Origin: Octopus vulgaris
Lineage: Eukaryota
Direction: 5' to 3'
NCBI GenBank assembly: GCA_951406725.2
Contig: OX597840.1
Span: 19,902,001 to 19,966,000 of the forward strand
DNA: 64,000 bases
Shown: positions 57,263 through 64,000 of the stretch, one piece after another
How positions within the stretch are numbered: position 1 is the stretch's first letter
Layout: every line of letters starts with the position of its first letter
Translations under genes and position numbers: made by a program
The notes under the pieces: model-generated
Databases searched by the model: none
What the model was told of the DNA's origin: nothing
The model's input: only the letters and a program-made list of their open reading frames with translations

Positions 57263-57979
57263 ATATACATAAACATACATGTGCGTGTGTGTGTGGGGGG
57301 GAATGAACGCATGCATATATGCATGTTTCTATACTTAGCTTTGTACTAAAATCCTTACGATACATATATGCCCCACCCCTGTACCTCACCTATTCCTCCA
57401 CTACCAAGCACCCGCCACCGCCGCCGCCGCCGCCATCGACAACAGCAACAACACGGCACCGACTTACGTGACGGTTACGTGGCGGGAAATTACTTAAAAA
57501 TAGTAAGATAATGCGAGAATGGAAATGTACAGGAGGGGGAGGAGGAGGAGGAAAGGGAAGGACGAGGAGGAGGAGGAAGGGGAAGGACGAGGAGGAGAAG
57601 GAGAAGGAGTAGGAGGAAGGGGTAGAACGAAGAGGAGGAGGAGGAGGAAGGGGTAGATCGAGGTGGAGAATGGGAAAAAGGCGGGAAATAAAGGGTGGTG
57701 GGTAAGGGGGCTGGAAGTGGTGGGGGTGGGGGTGTTTACATGGTGGAACGGGGAGACACGCCGTGCAGCGGGTTTGTTGGTAAGTATGATGATTATGATG
57801 GTGATGGTGATGGTGGTGGTCGGGGGTGGGGGGTATGCATAGAAACTTAAGTGTAGTGCTGTGCAGTAGCACCAACAGCAGTTTACCTGCGTAATAACTG
57901 CTGCTGTGTAAATTCTCCAGCCCCCACCAGCACCCCCCCAACACCCCGCTCTAACACCACCACCCTCGACACCATTACT

Positions 57980-58405
57980 GTGATATCACCACCCCATCAT
58001 CATCATCATCATCATTATTATCACCGGGAATAAAAGCCCCCCCCCCATCACCACCACCACCAGCCCCATCGCCACCATCACCATCGACATTGTTACCACC
58101 ATCACCGCCATCGTCACCAACAACACCACCACCATCATCGTCATCTACATAATGAGTAACACCAACGCCATCACTTCCATCACCACCATCAGCATCATCA
58201 TCGTCGCTATTATCCACCACCAACACCACCATCACCACCACCACCACCACCACTACCACCATCACCACCACCACCACCACCACCATCACCACCACCACCA
58301 CCACCACCACCACCACCACCATCAACACCACCACCACCACCACCACCACCACCACCACCACCATCAACACCATCACCATCACCACCACCACCCTCACCAC
58401 TACAT
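57980..58405. repeat. (CAC)n/(CAT)n tract
   Basis: Directly visible. Confidence 0.93.
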
Positions 58406-58702
58406 CACACGGTTACGTCGTACAACACCAGGGAGTCAGTCGGGGAGAGAGAAGGAAGGTGAGGAGGTGGTACGAGGAAAGGGGCCATTATTCGGTGACG
58501 ATGGTGACGGAGCCGGTGATGGTGATGTCGATGACGATGGTAGGAGGGGAGGGGGGAGGTCCCCTTACCGTTTCAAAAAGAGAAAGTACTTGCAACAACA
58601 ACAATAACAAATTAACCACACAAAACAAAACACAACAAAATGTCTACCTTTCTTTATTGCATATCAGATGTCTCTTTTGTACGCCTGGAAAACTGGCGGG
58701 AA

Positions 58703-58736
<34 letters not shown>

Positions 58737-59000
58737 TTCTGTTATGTTATGTTATGTAGCAGCTTTCGCGGGAAAATATTCGCGCGCTTTTTCTAATAAG
58801 GAGGGCGAAACGGTTTATTTTCGTGCACATTTTTTTAACGGTGCGTTCATAGTTCTTTGTACCCGCTTTTTTCTTTTTTTTTTTTTACCTTTTTGGGGGT
58901 TTCTCCTCCTTCCATCTTACATCTTTCTTCACTTTCCTGTACTTTCTAATCATTGCGTTAATGGCGATGATGACGATGATGATGATGGTAATACATATAT

Positions 59001-59225
<225 letters not shown>

Positions 59226-59283
59226 AAAAAAAAAAAAAAAAAAACACATATATATATACTTATATATATATAAGTATGTATAT

Positions 59284-59432
59284 ATATTGTTATATTTCGG
59301 AATGGTTATATTGCCAGTTTAGACAATAAAAACACACGCACTATATATTTGGTGTTATTTTGCTTCAGTGTTATTTATTTTTTACATTAAACTTAATCTT
59401 ATTTCGGCCAGAGTTCTTTCGTCACACTCCTG
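59284..59432 (-). mobile_element. Family E single arm
   Basis: Homologous to 22777-22926 and stops at TTCGTCACACTCCTG. Confidence 0.85.
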
Positions 59433-59461
59433 AATATAAGTATATATATTTATGTATATAA

Positions 59462-59530
<69 letters not shown>

Positions 59531-59534
59531 CATA

Positions 59535-59591
<57 letters not shown>

Positions 59592-59616
59592 TTCATTATT
59601 AATGTCGCAAAGACAT

Positions 59617-59696
59617 CACAAAAGCTGTTACTTAGAGTTTCATCTTTCCGTTCGTCGACGAACGAGAAGGTGAAACTCTGAGTAACAGTTTTTGTG
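59617..59696. repeat. 80-bp imperfect palindrome centred on GTC|GAC with a half hammerhead in each arm
   Basis: The right arm reads ..GGU-GAAA-CUC-U-GAG-UA-ACAG. It is adjacent to (TA)n. Confidence 0.8.
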
Positions 59697-59782
59697 TTTT
59701 TTAAGTGTTTACTCGGGTGTATGTATATATACATGTATATATATATATACTCACACACCACACACATACGCACACACATTAT

Positions 59783-59945
59783 AGGCTGTGGCTGTGTGGT
59801 AAGGAGCTTGATTCCCAACCACATGGTTCCAGGTTCAGCCCCACTGCGTAGCACCTTGAGCAAGTGTCTTCCAGTAATAGCTTCGGGCCGACCAAAGTCT
59901 TGTGAATGGATTTGGTAGACGGAAACTGAAAGAAGCCCGTAATGC

Positions 59946-59983
<38 letters not shown>

Positions 59984-60102
59984 AGTATATATATCATATA
60001 TATGCATCAAGTAAGTTTCATCAATTATGCATTGATATAAACTGTCCAATAAAGCCAGAAACATATGTACCGCTTAATCCTTTGCATCCTGGTTTTCTTT
60101 TG

Positions 60103-60176
<74 letters not shown>

Positions 60177-60400
60177 ATATATCGTGTATGTGTGTGTGTG
60201 GTTGTTTGTCCCTTCACCATCGCTTGACAACCGATGTTGGTGTGTTTACGTCCGTGTAACTTAGCTGTTCGACAAAAGCGACTGATAGAATAAGTATTAG
60301 ACTTGCAAGAAAAAGTAAGTCCTGTGGTCGATTTGTTCGACTGAACCGTTGAATGAAGGCGATGCTGCGGCATGGCCGCAGTCCAATGACTGAAACAGGC
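59783..60400 (+). mobile_element. SINE-B split by a short insert (59981-60106) in its TA tract
   Basis: The insert carries GAAAC-AUAU-GUA at 60058-60069. Confidence 0.75.
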
Positions 60401-60699
60401 AAAGGATTCCTGCCTTGTGTTTCCTCGTCTGTCAGTCATCATCCTTTATTCATCTTTTGTCTTCAGTCTTTCGTCTCCCTACCCTCCCATGCCAACCCCC
60501 ACCTAGTTCTGCCTTTTCATCTTTCAATCTTTTCGAGCCTGACCCCCTCCCCTCGACTACTCAACCCACTACCCCCACCCCATGTCCTTCAGCTGTCTCC
60601 GCCCCCTTCTGCATCTTTCTCTCTCACCCCCTACACAATCATCCTTTTCCCCTTACTTTCCTCTTCTCTCTCTATTCAATTGCTCTCCTTTACAACCTG

Positions 60700-61147
60700 G
60701 TCCATGTACTTCTCTGTCTGTCTGTCTGTCTATCTGTCTGTCTGCCTGCCTGAGTCGCTCTTTGTCACTCTCTCTCTCCTTCTCTCTTTTTCCTTCTATC
60801 TCTTTCTCCCCTCTCTCCCTGTCTGTATCTCTCCCTCTCTCTCTCTGTCTCATTCTTTCTCACACACACTCCGTTTCTCCGTCCTTCTATCTGTCTGTCT
60901 TTCTCTCTCTCTCTCTCACTCCCTCTTCCTGTGTCTGTCTGTCTGTCTCTCCTCTCTTTTTCCTTCTCTCTCGTTCTCCCTCTCTCCCCCTGTCTGTATA
61001 TCTCGCTCTGTCTATTTCTCTGTCTATCTCTGTCTGTATCTCTCTCTCTCTCTCTCTGTCTCACTCTTTCTCACACACACTCTGTGTCTCAGTCCGTCTG
61101 TCCGTCTGTCAGTCTGTCTTTCTCTCTCTCTCTCTCACTCCCTCTCG

Positions 61148-61180
<33 letters not shown>

Positions 61181-61245
61181 GTTCTGTCTGTCTCTCTCAG
61201 TTTCTCTGTCACACGCACTCTCTCCGTTTCTCCCTCTCACATTGA
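60700..61245. repeat. (TC)n/(TCTG)n polypyrimidine tract
   Basis: Directly visible. Confidence 0.93.
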
Positions 61246-61319
61246 GTTCGTCTTTGCCTTTCTTATCTCACTCTTCTGTATGTATGTATGTAATTATGTC
61301 TCTTCTATTTTTTCAATTA

Positions 61320-61760
61320 TTACAAATCTTCCACTGAGGAGGGAGCCGGTTTCCAACAAGAATACAAAGCCCCTATCTCTGGGATGTAGTTAACACAGAC
61401 AAATTCACATTCGGAAATTGAGAAAAGTCTTACATATATTTACTGTTCCACTCACAGATTGCACTTGTAATGTACGAATTAGCCGGTCGATTTCTCTTTC
61501 TGAAAATCCCAGTTTATCCAGATTCTCTTTTAAGCATTTACTAACAAAACCTAGTGCTCCAATTATATTATTGGCATGAATATGAATTCATAGTCTGGAT
61601 ATAGAAGCTGGAGGTTTTGAAGCAGTTGTCCATAGATATCCTCTTTTTCTTTGATTTCCAAAGAGATATTTTTATCTGTAAGGCAGCTAAATTCTATGAG
61701 GGTACATACCTTTGCTCCTCTTTCCCAGACAACGATATCCGACCTGTTATGCTTACATTT
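61320..61760 (-). pseudogene. RLE-type non-LTR retrotransposon (R4/Dong-like) 3' end
   Basis: Manual translation of 61760 to 61405: KCKHNRSDIVVW..LIEFSC..D.N....KEKEDIYGQL..PII/GALG..SVSGTVNICKTFLNFRM*. This matches the restriction-like endonuclease signature (RPD..E..K..Y..L..GALG) with a lesion near GALG. A short 3'UTR follows, then (CATA)n. Confidence 0.82.
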
Positions 61761-61845
61761 GAATCAACGATCATTCGTTCATTATTTTAATAATAGCATG
61801 AGAAAGCAAAATGCTTTCAACTCTGTCAGGATACAAGCGGCCCAA

Positions 61846-62335
61846 GGCGGCGAGCTGGAAGAAACGTTAGGACGCCGAGCGAAATGCTTAGCAGTATTTC
61901 GTCTGCCTTTACATTCTGAGTTCAAATTCCGCCGAGGTCGACTTCGTCTTTTATCCTTTCGAGGTCGATTAAATAAATACCAGTTACGCACTGGGGTCGA
62001 TATAATCGACTTAATCCGTTAGTCTGTCCTTGTTTGTCTCCTCTGTGTTTAGCCCCTTGTGGGTAGTAAAGAAATAGGTATTTCGTCTGCCGTTACGTTC
62101 TGAGTTCAAATTCCGCCGAGGTCGACTTTGCCTTTCATCCTTTCGGGGTCGATAAATTAAGTACCAGTTGCGTACTGTGTAGCCCCTTGTGGGTAGTAAA
62201 GAAATAAGTATTTCGTCTGTCTTTGCATTCCGAGTTCAAATTCCGTCGAGGTCGCTAAATTAAGTACCAGTTGCGTACTGGGTTGATCTAATTGAATGGC
62301 TCCCTCCCACCAAAATTTCGAACCTCGTGCCTAGA
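61846..62335 (+). mobile_element. Tandem SINE-A array (one full and two partial units)
   Basis: Units re-enter at GAAATAGGTATTTCGTCTG (62071, 62201). Confidence 0.85.
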
Positions 62336-62729
62336 GTAACAAAAAACAAAAAAAAATTATACAAGCGACCCTCCAAAGACTGTCTATAATTTAATGGCCG
62401 GCGATGGAATTCGAGTTGGCCAGGCCTGCTCTAGTGTAATTGATTACATTCACGTGTGTAAAATTATCCCGCCATTTTCCTTTCATACACCTTTCTTTAC
62501 ATCAGCACCCGTTTTTCCGCCATTTTGTCAGTCGCTTTTTTTTTGTATTCCAAGTCCTTTCTCCCTCGTCACTGTTTCCTTTGAACCTGTATCGCCTTTT
62601 ATCTATATAATTCGGTTGGTTATTGATCCGCGTGTCTAGTGATGTGTTAAATGAATGTTTTTATCTATTTAGTCTTTTTAAAGTTACGTTTGTGAAAAGG
62701 AGAAAAAATATAATTGATATCGACAGACA

Positions 62730-62843
62730 TAACTGTAGCTGTGTAGTATGAAGCGGTTTTGGCCCAACATCTTCTACTGTAGCCTCTGGCTGATCAAAGC
62801 CCTGTGAATGGATTTGGTAGACAGAAACTGAAAGAAGGCCATC

Positions 62844-62875
<32 letters not shown>

Positions 62876-62912
62876 GTATGAATGTATGTATATATATGTA
62901 TGAATGTATGTA

Positions 62913-62948
<36 letters not shown>

Positions 62949-63470
62949 TGTATGTATGTATGTATGTATGTATATATGTATGTATGTATGTGTGTATGTA
63001 TGTATGTGAGTGTATGTATGTATGTGTGTGTGTATGTATGTTTGTATGTATGCAGGTATGTACATATATATTTGTGCGTATGTATGTGTGTATGTATGTG
63101 TATATGTATGTATGTATGTATGTGTGTGTGTGTGTATGTATGTGTTTGTGTGTATGTATGTATGTATGTATGTATGCAGGTATGTACATATATATCTGTA
63201 TGTGTGTGTGTTTGTTTACCTCTCAGCACCACTTGACAGCCAATGTTGGTGTGTTTACTTCTTCGTAAAATAGCGGATCGGCAAAAGCAACGAATAGAAT
63301 AAGTACCAGGCTTTACACACACACACACACACATACACACACACATACAAGTACAAAATAAGCCCTGGGGTCGATTCACTCAACTAAAAACCCATCCAGG
63401 ATGTGCTCCAGCATAGCCGCAGTCTAATGGCTGAAACAAGTAAGAATAAAAAGAAAGAAAAAAGAAGTAA
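62730..63470 (+). mobile_element. Diverged SINE-B with expanded internal (TATG)n
   Basis: 5' part to 62845 and 3' part from ~63200. Confidence 0.75.
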
Positions 63471-63809
63471 AAACCAAGGCTGACCCAGATTCGTACTGGT
63501 TCGTCATTGTAGGTTTTGCTGTGAAAACTTGACTGCAGGAACTTCTAAAGTAAGATACCTTAAAAACCCCAGCCTCCCCACCGAACCCACCATAGTTGCA
63601 CTTGTCTTCCGGCCTCGGGTGATACCTTTTTGTTGTTGTCGTATCGATCGGGGAAGAACAAAAGGTAAAGTTAACCTCAGCAGTGTCTGGTCTTTGTGTT
63701 TTGATCGTTGAGTCGGAAGAAACACCGAAGCGCCATTTTGTTTTGTGTGTAACGTTGCAACGAGACTCTCTCGGTTCGTCGTTTTTATTGGGGAAAGAAA
63801 GGGAGAGGA

Positions 63810-64000
63810 AGCGAGAGAGAGAAAGAGAGAGAGGGGGAGAGAGTGAGTGAGAGTAAGAGAGTGAATGAGAGAGGCAGTGAGAGGGTGGGAAAGAGTGAAT
63901 GACAGAGAGGCAGTGAGAGGGTGGGAAAGAGTGAATGAGAGAGAGGCAGTGAGAAAATGGGAGAGAGTGAATGAGAGAGAGGCAGTAAGAGGGTGGGAAA
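63810..64000. repeat. GA-rich minisatellite (about 35-bp GAGTGAATGA..GAGGCAGTGAGAGGGTGGGAAA)
   Basis: Directly visible and runs off the window edge. Confidence 0.85.

Overview
Gene-poor, AT-rich eukaryotic DNA made almost entirely of microsatellites and interspersed repeats. The repeat content looks like an octopus/cephalopod genome (inferred from recognising the SINE families, not from a search). No intact host protein-coding gene is supportable, and nearly all listed ORFs are microsatellite or SINE read-throughs. Recognisable elements: at least four tRNA-headed SINE families (dozens of copies), 3' fragments of an RTE-type LINE and of an RLE-type (R4/Dong-like) LINE, a decayed Tc1 transposon, non-autonomous Helitrons, and piggyBac-like and hAT-like MITEs. 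The most striking unexplained structure is a dense set of short non-coding elements sitting in or against (TA)n tracts. They carry about 20 complete or partial minimal type-I hammerhead-ribozyme folds, several with recurrent non-canonical cores. Many are long fold-back palindromes whose turn-around point or breakpoint lies in the ribozyme itself. This resembles a Penelope-like/retrozyme system that targets (TA)n. Ribozyme activity is inferred from manual folding only.
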